NCBI RefSeq assembly: GCF_001945605.1
Contig: NZ_MPKA01000034.1
Coordinates: 1 to 32,000 of the forward strand
From: Dubosiella newyorkensis
Lineage (GTDB): Bacteria; Bacillota_I; Bacilli_A; Erysipelotrichales; Erysipelotrichaceae
Reading direction: 5' to 3'
Length of the DNA: 32,000 nt
How positions within the stretch are numbered: position 1 is the stretch's first letter; each line of letters begins with the position of its first letter. A program made the position numbers and the translations under genes. Below, piece after piece: positions 25,080 through 32,000 of the stretch. The notes beneath the pieces were generated by a model that saw only the letters and a program-made list of their open reading frames with translations, searched no databases and had not been told where the DNA came from.

Positions 25080-25737
25080 GGCGATACCCTCGCTTGCGAA
25101 GTGTCTGGATCTTGACGTTCGAGTCTAAAAACGCGAGTTTTTTTCGAAGAAATGATATATACACTTCGACATTATTATCAAGGGCTTCGCTGTCCATTCC
25201 CCAAACAAAATGGAGCAGATCCTCTTTTGAGAAGATGCGTAAGGGCTCTTTAAGAAAGCGTTTCATGATTTCAAATTCTTTATACCCTAAATGAACGTTT
25301 TTTTCCTTGGTTTTCAGATTTCCGTTTTGTAGATCTAAGCTTAAATCTCCATAGCATAATTCTTGGAGCACGACTTCCCCTTTTCTTCGAGTCAAAACTT
25401 TGATGCGGGCAAGTAGCTCGGCTGGAGCGAATGGTTTGGTCATATAATCATCCGCGCCTAGATCTAAGCCTTTAACTTTATCTTCAACTTCATCTTTGGC
25501 CGAAAGCATCAAAACAGGGGTCTCATCTTTTCTTTGCCGGATTTCTTGAAGCACTTCATAGCCGGACCGTTTTGGGAGCATCAAATCAAGGATCACGAGA
25601 TCAAATCGGCTTAATTCTAAATAGTCGAGCGCTTCTTGTCCATCATAGACGATCGTAGTCTGATAGGAGTGCTTTTTAAGGATCCTTGATATCGAGGCCG
25701 CTAAATTTTTTTCGTCTTCAACGATCAAGATCTGCAT
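25069..25737 (-). CDS. OmpR-family response regulator
   Basis: Receiver motifs MQILIVEDE, DLVILDLMLP and SAKDE..DKV.GLDLGADDYMTKPF, plus a winged-helix C-terminus (LGYKEFEIMKRF...RGYRL). The start is set at the canonical MQILIVEDE ATG (25737) rather than the longer track ORF. Confidence 0.88.
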   Translation of the reverse strand: MQILIVEDEKNLAASISRILKKHSYQTTIVYDGQEALDYLELSRFDLVILDLMLPKRSGYEVLQEIRQRKDETPVLMLSAKDEVEDKVKGLDLGADDYMTKPFAPAELLARIKVLTRRKGEVVLQELCYGDLSLDLQNGNLKTKEKNVHLGYKEFEIMKRFLKEPLRIFSKEDLLHFVWGMDSEALDNNVEVYISFLRKKLAFLDSNVKIQTLRKRGYRLEQ

Positions 25738-26281
25738 AATATTTTTGATATTCAGCAATATAGGAAAGGATTTCTTCGATCGAATCCGAAATAAAATACA
25801 TCCGCAAAACATCTTCCTTCATAAAACCATTCTCGACGCCTTCGATCAGCAGCGTGTTGAGAGGATCGAGGGAGTGGTCGATGTTATAAAGACAAATCGG
25901 CTTATCGAGCTGTTCGAGCTGCTTCAAAGTCAAGATCTCGAAAAACTCTTCGAAGGTTCCTATCCCTCCTGGCGTGACGATAAAACCGTCTGCCAATTGT
26001 TCCATTTTTTCTTTTCGCTCGCGCATCGTATTTGTATAAATAAATTCAGTGCAAGAGTCGGATAGCGCTTCCCATTTTTTGAAAAACGTAGGAGCGACTC
26101 CAATGCTTTTTCCATTCTTTTTATTAACGCCTTGAATAAAAGCGCCCATCATGCCTGTCGAACCGCCTCCAAAAACGAGTGTCCAGCCTTTTTCAGCTAG
26201 CGCTTCGCCTAATTGGACTCCTTTCTTGATATAGAGCGGCTTAATTTCATTGCTGCTTGCTCCGTAAATACAAACTTTCAT
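25718..26281 (-). CDS. LOG-family (TIGR00730) Rossmann-fold nucleotide-binding protein
   Basis: GGGSTGMMG and the LOG signature PGGIGTFEEFFE are present in ~187 aa. The 3' end overlaps the response regulator start by 20 nt, and the 5' end overlaps the upstream membrane-protein gene (ATGA). Confidence 0.85.
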   Translation of the reverse strand: MKVCIYGASSNEIKPLYIKKGVQLGEALAEKGWTLVFGGGSTGMMGAFIQGVNKKNGKSIGVAPTFFKKWEALSDSCTEFIYTNTMRERKEKMEQLADGFIVTPGGIGTFEEFFEILTLKQLEQLDKPICLYNIDHSLDPLNTLLIEGVENGFMKEDVLRMYFISDSIEEILSYIAEYQKYYADLDR

Positions 26282-26856
26282 AAATTATCCTCCTTATATG
26301 TCCATAGATTCCATAGATAAAGTGCGATGATGATCGCCCAAAATGAGCGACCAAACAATACAAATGTCAAAAACAATTGAGTCCAAGCGATCTCGTTTCG
26401 AGCGCCTGAAAAAAAGTAGATAAACAAACCTCCGATAAGCAAGCTTCCGCAGCCGGCTAGAAAAGAATCAAGGATCAAAAACAAGGAAACGATCCATATC
26501 GTCTGTACAAGACAGATCAGCCCTTGGTCTTTGAAGCTTTTTATTTGAAATGGAGGAATGTGAAAGGGCCAGATTGTTTGATAAACAATAGATATCCCTA
26601 GTCCATACGCTAGACAGATCGAAACTTCCATCGCTTCGGGTGCTATGCTTGCGATCATCAAAAGCATTCCTATTCCAAACAAGGAATAGGAGCGCAAGAC
26701 CTTTTCTCCGATCAACATTCCTGAACTACAATATAGAAGGATTTGTCTTAGGTCAGGAACTTTGAGGAGATGAGGCGCGTGATTTACGAAAACGACAAAG
26801 CCCAAAATACAAAAAAGAAAAGAAAGAAACCACTGTCGGGTTCTTTGAGTTTGCAT
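26278..26856 (-). CDS. Polytopic membrane protein (hypothetical, 192 aa)
   Basis: About 6 hydrophobic segments. It is the first gene of the membrane protein-LOG-RR-HK string. No family recognised. Confidence 0.6.
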   Translation of the reverse strand: MQTQRTRQWFLSFLFCILGFVVFVNHAPHLLKVPDLRQILLYCSSGMLIGEKVLRSYSLFGIGMLLMIASIAPEAMEVSICLAYGLGISIVYQTIWPFHIPPFQIKSFKDQGLICLVQTIWIVSLFLILDSFLAGCGSLLIGGLFIYFFSGARNEIAWTQLFLTFVLFGRSFWAIIIALYLWNLWTYKEDNL

Positions 26857-26902
26857 ACCAATTTCCCCTTATTGAACGGAGTTATTTTATCATGAACTCA
26901 GA

Positions 26903-26926
26903 GAAAAAGAGGGTTTAATCCCTCTT
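26903..26926 (-). terminator. Rho-independent terminator after lgt
   Basis: The minus strand reads AGAGGG-ATTAAA-CCCTCT followed by T5. The lgt stop codon lies in the loop. Confidence 0.65.
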
Positions 26927-27679
26927 TTCTCGCTTTTTTAATATAAACCATAAAATCAGCGCACTTGCGAACAAGAGCAACGAAATGATTTGCGATGTGG
27001 AAAAGCTTCCAATTTCCCCCCGAACAAGATCGCCTCGAAAATATTCGATGATAAATCGTCCTATACTATACGCAAACAAATACCATAGGCCAACTTCTCC
27101 ATGGAACGTATTCTTTTTCTCTTTGACTAGCCAGATCAATACGAAGAAAAGCAAGAAGTCAAAAGCTGAAGAAATCAACTGCGTCGGAAATAAAGGGATT
27201 CCCGCTGGAGCGAGGGAGCCTTCTGGAAAGACAAGTCCAATCGGAAGATGGGTCTCTACTCCATAACAGCATCCTGCAAAGAAACAGCCTAATCGGCCAA
27301 ACCCTTGGGCTAAAGCGACGGAAGGGATGATCAAATCGACTTGTTCTAAAAAATTAAGATGATACTTTTTACAATAAAGATAGCCTCCAAGCAATCCTCC
27401 AAGGATTCCTCCATATACGACCCAACCACTCACTAGATCGAACAAGATCGCTGGATCCTGCAAAACTTCTTGAAATCGTGTGATACAATAAAGCAGTTTG
27501 GCTCCGATAAACCCTGTGATCACGAAAAAGATCGCCATAGGTTCTAGATGAGATATGTCGATACCGAGTTTTTTTCCTCTTTTTTCGGTAACAAAGAATG
27601 CGGATATTATACCGATCACATAAAACAGTCCATATGTATGGGCCGTGAATGGTCCTATCGTAAATAAATCATTATACAT
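26915..27679 (-). CDS. lgt: Prolipoprotein diacylglyceryl transferase
   Basis: Lgt signature GRLGCFFAGCCYG plus the YGLFYVIGI and PTQL motifs. The start is set at the ATG at 27679 (MYNDLF...), which is preceded by GAGGTG. Confidence 0.9.
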   Translation of the reverse strand: MYNDLFTIGPFTAHTYGLFYVIGIISAFFVTEKRGKKLGIDISHLEPMAIFFVITGFIGAKLLYCITRFQEVLQDPAILFDLVSGWVVYGGILGGLLGGYLYCKKYHLNFLEQVDLIIPSVALAQGFGRLGCFFAGCCYGVETHLPIGLVFPEGSLAPAGIPLFPTQLISSAFDFLLFFVLIWLVKEKKNTFHGEVGLWYLFAYSIGRFIIEYFRGDLVRGEIGSFSTSQIISLLLFASALILWFILKKREKRD

Positions 27680-27787
27680 TGATTCACCTCTTTTCGATGA
27701 TTCAAATTTTACAGAATTGAATTTATAAAGCAAGCAGTTTTTATTTCCTCTTCGATTTACGTATCATTATTAGAAAGGGAGTCTATT

Positions 27788-28711
27788 ATGCATTCAAACA
27801 ATCGATCGTCTATTTTATATGCTGGTATCTTTTTGTTTCTTTATTCGCTGTTCGCTTTGATCTTGATGCTTCGATCCTCGCTGTTTCCTGGTCTTACCAT
27901 TTTACAAGTTTCTATCGTAGTCGTTTTAAGTGATTTTACGATCCTTCTTTTCGCCAAGAATCATAAGATCGCATGGATTTTTTATGGATTGATCCTGATC
28001 TTGATCAGTGTGTTCATTTCACGTCTTTACATTGTAGACCAAGAACTGAAAGTTTTGCAACCAAGTATAGCAAACCAATTTGAAATTCGTACGCTTTACG
28101 CAAAAACCCAAGATCCTGTATTAAATACGATTGGCTTTCTTAGCCAAGATGAGAAGGAATTAGAGGAACGTTCTGCTCTGTTTTCAAATATTGAACGTAT
28201 TTCTTTCTCTTCAAAGAAAGAGTTATTCGATGCGCTTGATCAAAATAAGATCCAGGGTGTTGTGATCGATCCTTCTCAAAGCGAAAAAGGACTTGTTGCT
28301 TTGGAGAGCTTCGCCTATTCGATCCCTGAATTTGGGCCCGTGAAAAATGTGGACCTTCTCAAGAATATATCCACGATCTTGATCAAAGATAAAAATGGAT
28401 TCAGCTTGTTGCAGATCGATCCGAGTCATCATTCACTTCTAGTGAGAAAGCACTTAAGCTCTTTTGATCAAAAGAGCTGTCAAAATAGCTTAGGCTCGAT
28501 GCAGGCTTGCAGCGAAGAAGAACTTGCTCTTCCGATCAATTATGCGATCGATCTTAAGATCGAAGAGCTTGATTTTTTCCAGTGGCAAAGGATCCCGTTA
28601 TTTTGGAATCCTAATCTTGATCAGGAAAACGTATTAACGAATATGAGCGCTTCTTCTATGAAAGATCTGTTTTTATTGCCGCTCGATACGTACTCTAATA
28701 TCACACGGTAA
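27788..28711 (+). CDS. Membrane protein with LCP (LytR-CpsA-Psr)-like but apparently degenerate ectodomain (tentative)
   Basis: Three N-terminal TM segments. Segments ILIKDKNGFSLLQIDPSHHSLLV and INYAIDLKIEELDFF resemble the LCP core strands, but the usual Arg/Asp residues (SiPRD) are not evident. SD AAGGGAG. Confidence 0.45.
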   Translation: MHSNNRSSILYAGIFLFLYSLFALILMLRSSLFPGLTILQVSIVVVLSDFTILLFAKNHKIAWIFYGLILILISVFISRLYIVDQELKVLQPSIANQFEIRTLYAKTQDPVLNTIGFLSQDEKELEERSALFSNIERISFSSKKELFDALDQNKIQGVVIDPSQSEKGLVALESFAYSIPEFGPVKNVDLLKNISTILIKDKNGFSLLQIDPSHHSLLVRKHLSSFDQKSCQNSLGSMQACSEEELALPINYAIDLKIEELDFFQWQRIPLFWNPNLDQENVLTNMSASSMKDLFLLPLDTYSNITR

Positions 28712-28800
28712 ATGAATCGGCGCGAAATTCGACAATTTCATAGGAACGATCTCGATGGAAGCTTGCTGTTGTTTCATTTTTAAAATTTATTTCAACAAAG

Positions 28801-28826
28801 AAAGTGGATGTGAACCACTTTTTTTA
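28801..28826 (+). terminator. Rho-independent terminator
   Basis: AAGTGG-ATGTGAA-CCACTT followed by a T-run, about 90 nt after the stop at 28711. Confidence 0.65.
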
Positions 28827-28928
28827 TATTCATAATTTGAAACAATGGATTTTAGGGATGTTTTTCTTTTATCTATAAGTTAAAGAATACATTATTATAA
28901 GATTTTATAATTGGATGCAACAGTTTAA

Positions 28929-28937
28929 TGATATAAT
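28929..28937 (+). promoter_or_regulatory. Extended -10 element upstream of the regulator gene
   Basis: TGATATAAT (TGn + TATAAT at 28932-28937) lies in a very AT-rich intergenic region, ahead of GGAGAAGGA/GGTGG SD-like sequence and the ATG at 28960. Confidence 0.4.
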
Positions 28938-28959
28938 CGTGGAGAAGGATGGTGGTTTA

Positions 28960-30124
28960 ATGATCGATATTCCAAAAGATGAAAAAGTACAGGTTGGAAA
29001 AGCCATCGATTTTTTACGAAAGAAAGAGTTTAAGAAAAATCCTTCTTTTAAAATCGAATGCTTTATCGAAACCATTTGTTCTAAAGCCACCTATGTCAAG
29101 CTTAGAAAAATCCCATTAAAGGAAAGTGAGATTTATGATTCTCTTTTAGCAAAATTGAATCTTATTTATCCTTATGATCCTCGAGAGCAGACGAAGCTTT
29201 TTCATACTGAGAAACTCATGGAAGATGCATTCATCCATAGAGACCCCGACGAAAAAAAAGCTTCTAGATTCATTGATCAACTATTATTCTACTTCCCATT
29301 CGGTCTATGACCGGCTAAAGTATATTGCTTTTAAGGATTCCGCTATGTCTGTTCCTGAATTACTGGCGATTTACGAAATTGTCCAATCGCCGATCAGAGA
29401 AGTGATCATGAACAGGATCATTGACGTTCTTGAAAGCATGCCTCCTTCTGCAATGTCTGACTATATTCAAAGCCGTCTTCATTTCCATACGATTCGCAAT
29501 CAGATCGATTACCTGTTTCTGATTATTCGAAACAAGCATTATTATCAAGCTGTCGCTTTGTGCGAATCTTTATTACGTTCTGCTACTCTCCCGATCGATC
29601 GAGCAAAGATCCGGATTGCCAAACTAATTTTGCTTCACCAAATTGACCCTCGCCATTTTGATTTGGAAGCTCAAGCTCTTTCTAACGATCCTTCCTTCCC
29701 TTTGGTCAGAGAGGATTGGATCCATATTTGCGCTTTTCATGCCTACAATCAAAACGATTATGATCGAGCCCAGCTGCTTTTTGAAGAAGAGATCAAAAAC
29801 CAAAAAACTTTTTTTCCTGCTATTTTGTTTCTTGCCCATATGCATGATCCCAAAATAGAATTTAGTCAAGAAGTTTTTTGTCGTTACAACATCCAAGATT
29901 ATCCAGTCGCATATCAACACTTATACACATATTTCAAAATGAAATTTTCGCACAGTTCTTTCTCTATCCTCGAAAGTTACTTATGGAACATTTGCCGAAA
30001 AGAAATCAAAGAGTTTTATCCAGAAAATATCATCATCCGATTGATTCACGATGAACTGGAATGGATCAGCGAAAATACAGGAAACAGGACAAAACTATAT
30101 ATGTTCCATCAACAGTTTGATTAA
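28960..30124 (+). pseudogene. HTH + helical-repeat (RRNPP/Rgg/NprR-style) transcriptional regulator interrupted by a frameshift in an A8 tract
   Basis: Frame 1 (to the stop at 29308-29310) encodes an XRE-like HTH N-terminus (VGKAIDFLRKKEFKKNPSFKIECFIETICSKATYVKLRK). Frame 2 is open from 29159 to 30124 and encodes a TPR-like helical domain. The frames overlap around the A8 run at 29252-29259, and removing one A would join ...HRDPDEKK to LLDSLINYYSTS... into a ~387-aa protein. Confidence 0.65.
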
Positions 30125-30230
30125 ACTTTTTTTATAAAATCATATAATTTATATGTTTTATTTTTTTCCGTTCAATTTTTTTCCTATTCATTTTTTTCTT
30201 TTAGAATCAAATTGTAAGGAGGAAAGAAAA

Positions 30231-30413
30231 ATGGAATTAGTTTTTATCGGCGATAGTTTAAAGACAAATATTGTTAATGTTGCTTGTCAGTATATATTTA
30301 GTAAGAAATGCCCCTTATTATATATAAAAAATCCAAACTATCGATGTAATAGAAAGAAAATGATTGATGATTTCAGTGAAATAGTGTTTGCGTTGTTTGA
30401 TTCGGAGAATTAA
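30231..30413 (+). CDS. Small Cys-containing peptide/protein (60 aa), candidate exported or signalling peptide precursor
   Basis: Near-ideal SD AAGGAGG (30216-30222) lies 8 nt before the ATG at 30231. Sequence: MELVFIGDSLKTNIVNVACQYIFSKKCPLLYIKNPNYRCNRKKMIDDFSEIVFALFDSEN. The stop lies 2 nt before the ABC exporter start, and the exporter SD (GGAGAA) sits inside its last codons. Confidence 0.55.
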   Translation: MELVFIGDSLKTNIVNVACQYIFSKKCPLLYIKNPNYRCNRKKMIDDFSEIVFALFDSEN

Positions 30414-30415
30414 AC

Positions 30416-32000
30416 ATGAAAGTGCTTAATATTCGGAGAATACAAATATTCACCTTGTTTTTTTCTATTCTAGATTTGCTGTGTTTATACGGATTCATCC
30501 AGGCGATCCAGATCTTTATGGATCGTTTGATCGCAGGCCATCGAATTGACCAAAAAGACCTACTAATTTTTTTAAGTTTACTGAGCGGAATGATACTTTG
30601 TGGTTTGTGCTCTCAATATGGATTTAATTTGCTACCCGTACTAGGCAAGAAAAAGCTGATCATTCAATATGAAACTCAGCTTATGAAAGAGGATCATTCT
30701 TTCTTCGACCAGCACTCTACAGCCTTTCTAATGTCACTATTTCAAAATGAAATCAGTCTTCTAGGTCAACAAAAAGCGATATTTCCGGTCGTTTTTCTCT
30801 ATCAAAGCATTGCGCTGACGGTTGGTACTGCTTTTTTGCTGATTAACGAATGGAGACTAGCCCTTGTCCTATTCGCCATTATTGGATTTTGTTTTGTGCT
30901 CACTCGTATATTGTCAAAAAAAATCGCAGACAATACCCAGAAAGTTTATAAAGAAAAGAACAATCTCTTTCAGGTTCTCCACGAAGATATCACAATGCAT
31001 CGGCTAATCCGTTTTTTAAATAAAGAAGATTATTTCTCTTTGCGTTTTAGAAAGGTACTAAATGATCGACTGATCCCGATTGAAAAGAAACAAGCAAATC
31101 TTTCTACACAGTATATCACGATCTATTCTGTCCTTTCTCGAGCTCTTCCTCTTTTAGGCGCTGGAATCGGATTGATCTTCATGTCGTTAGAGGGGATGGA
31201 GCCCGGAAAAATTCTTTCCACTTACGCGCTGATTTCTTTGATTCAGGAACCGATCATGCAGCTGGCAGAAACAAGGACCCAAAAAAATACGATCAATACT
31301 CTTCAAGAAGCGATCAAACAAGTTTTTATACAACATCAAAAAGACAGGAGAGTTGTTGATTCGTTCGGATCTATCCAAAAAACCGATATCCAGATCGAAC
31401 AGTTTCAATATCCTGATTCTTCAGTGATTCTGACTGGTCTTTGTTTTTCGATCCTGCGTGGTCAACATACAAAAATTGCCGGACCTAGCGGGGTAGGAAA
31501 AAGTACATTGATGGAGTTGTTGATGGGAGTCCAAGGTGGAAGAAATACCCATATCTTGTTCAATGAAACAGAAAACTCAATGTTTTCCCGAAAATGGTAT
31601 TCACAACACATTTTGATGGTTGACCAAAAACCGAAGATTTTCAAAATGTCTATTCTTGAAAATATCACATTGGGAGATACGTTTTCCAAAATCGATCTTG
31701 ATGAGATCTTGTATACTTGTATCCTTCAGAACATTATTGATGAACATCAAGATCAGATTGTCGATGATGAAAATGGATTAAGTCTTGGGCAGGCTCAACG
31801 AGTATCGATCGCCCGAATGCTTATTCGTAAGCCTGATGTTCTGATACTTGACGAACCGGTAAGCGCCCTCGATGAAGTCACGACATCTTTGATGATTGAT
31901 CGTCTCAAACAATTTATTGAACGTTATCATATCACTTTGATCATCTCATCCCATAATCCAGCTATAAACACTCTATGTCTACAAACGATCGACTTGAAGA
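30416..32000 (+). CDS. Fused TMD-NBD ABC exporter (type I exporter fold), 3' partial
   Basis: This ORF is not in the ORF track because it runs off the window. My hand translation from the ATG at 30416 found no stop through 32000. It has ~6 TM segments in the first ~300 aa, then Walker A GPSGVGKST, Q-loop MVDQKP, variant signature LSLGQAQR, Walker B VLILDEP and H-loop SSHN. There is no N-terminal C39 peptidase domain. Confidence 0.85.
   Translation, partial: MKVLNIRRIQIFTLFFSILDLLCLYGFIQAIQIFMDRLIAGHRIDQKDLLIFLSLLSGMILCGLCSQYGFNLLPVLGKKKLIIQYETQLMKEDHSFFDQHSTAFLMSLFQNEISLLGQQKAIFPVVFLYQSIALTVGTAFLLINEWRLALVLFAIIGFCFVLTRILSKKIADNTQKVYKEKNNLFQVLHEDITMHRLIRFLNKEDYFSLRFRKVLNDRLIPIEKKQANLSTQYITIYSVLSRALPLLGAGIGLIFMSLEGMEPGKILSTYALISLIQEPIMQLAETRTQKNTINTLQEAIKQVFIQHQKDRRVVDSFGSIQKTDIQIEQFQYPDSSVILTGLCFSILRGQHTKIAGPSGVGKSTLMELLMGVQGGRNTHILFNETENSMFSRKWYSQHILMVDQKPKIFKMSILENITLGDTFSKIDLDEILYTCILQNIIDEHQDQIVDDENGLSLGQAQRVSIARMLIRKPDVLILDEPVSALDEVTTSLMIDRLKQFIERYHITLIISSHNPAINTLCLQTIDLK

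Noticed and set aside
25738-25812. N-terminal extension of the response regulator (track start 25812)
   Set aside because: Receiver domains start at the M-x-I-L-I-V-E-D-E strand. The extension (MFCGCILFRIRSKK...) lies within the LOG coding region in another frame.
27680-27733. N-terminal extension of lgt (track start 27733)
   Set aside because: GAGGTG precedes the internal ATG at 27679, and Lgt proteins begin close to the first TM helix.
28712-28783. 23-aa ORF (MNRREIRQFHRNDLDGSLLLFHF) starting immediately after the stop of the LCP-like gene
   Set aside because: It has no SD, no conservation evidence is available, and it lies in the 3' UTR before the terminator. It is probably fortuitous.
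30153-30230. Upstream extension of the small-peptide ORF (track start 30153, MFYFFPFNFFPIHFF...)
   Set aside because: The extension is simply the T-rich intergenic region read in frame. The strong SD AAGGAGG at 30216-30222 points to the ATG at 30231.

Overview
The window looks like a chromosomal segment from a low-GC Gram-positive (Bacillota) genome. The evidence is GGAGG-type Shine-Dalgarno sites, lipobox lipoproteins, and YitT, XpaC/TelA, Lgt, LCP-like and GT51 genes. GC is roughly 40 percent by eye. I support 37 protein-coding regions, one of them frameshifted and one running off the 3' end, plus two tRNA genes (Thr-CGU, Leu-UAG) that each have a near-consensus promoter and a terminator. 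I found no transposase, integrase, CRISPR array or rRNA. Most content is housekeeping or envelope related: NagA, an RsmB/F-type methyltransferase, an M23 peptidase, an O-antigen-ligase-like protein, a PF04392-type ABC importer, an NSS transporter, a gamma-carbonic-anhydrase-like protein, a monofunctional transglycosylase, an OmpR/HK two-component pair and Lgt. Six things deserve a second look. (1) At the 3' end (about 28.9-32.0 kb) an HTH plus helical-repeat regulator is split by a frameshift in an A8 tract. It is followed by a strongly SD-preceded 60-aa Cys-containing ORF in a very AT-rich, GATC-free patch, and then by a fused ABC exporter. This looks like a peptide signalling or peptide-export locus that continues beyond the window. 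(2) A protein fuses an N-terminal Rx4H (HEPN-like) helical domain to a CBS pair, and it is transcribed divergently from a DUF4317-like plus small 3-TM protein operon. (3) A four-gene, ATGA-coupled cassette surrounds a lipoprotein EndA-like nuclease and sits directly behind an intrinsic terminator. (4) GATC is strikingly over-represented across nearly the whole window. (5) A Lys/Glu-rich single-pass coiled-coil protein lies between the two tRNA genes. (6) A LOG-family gene overlaps the response regulator of a two-component system. All functional calls come from motif recognition by eye, with no database search, so family names are hypotheses of varying strength.
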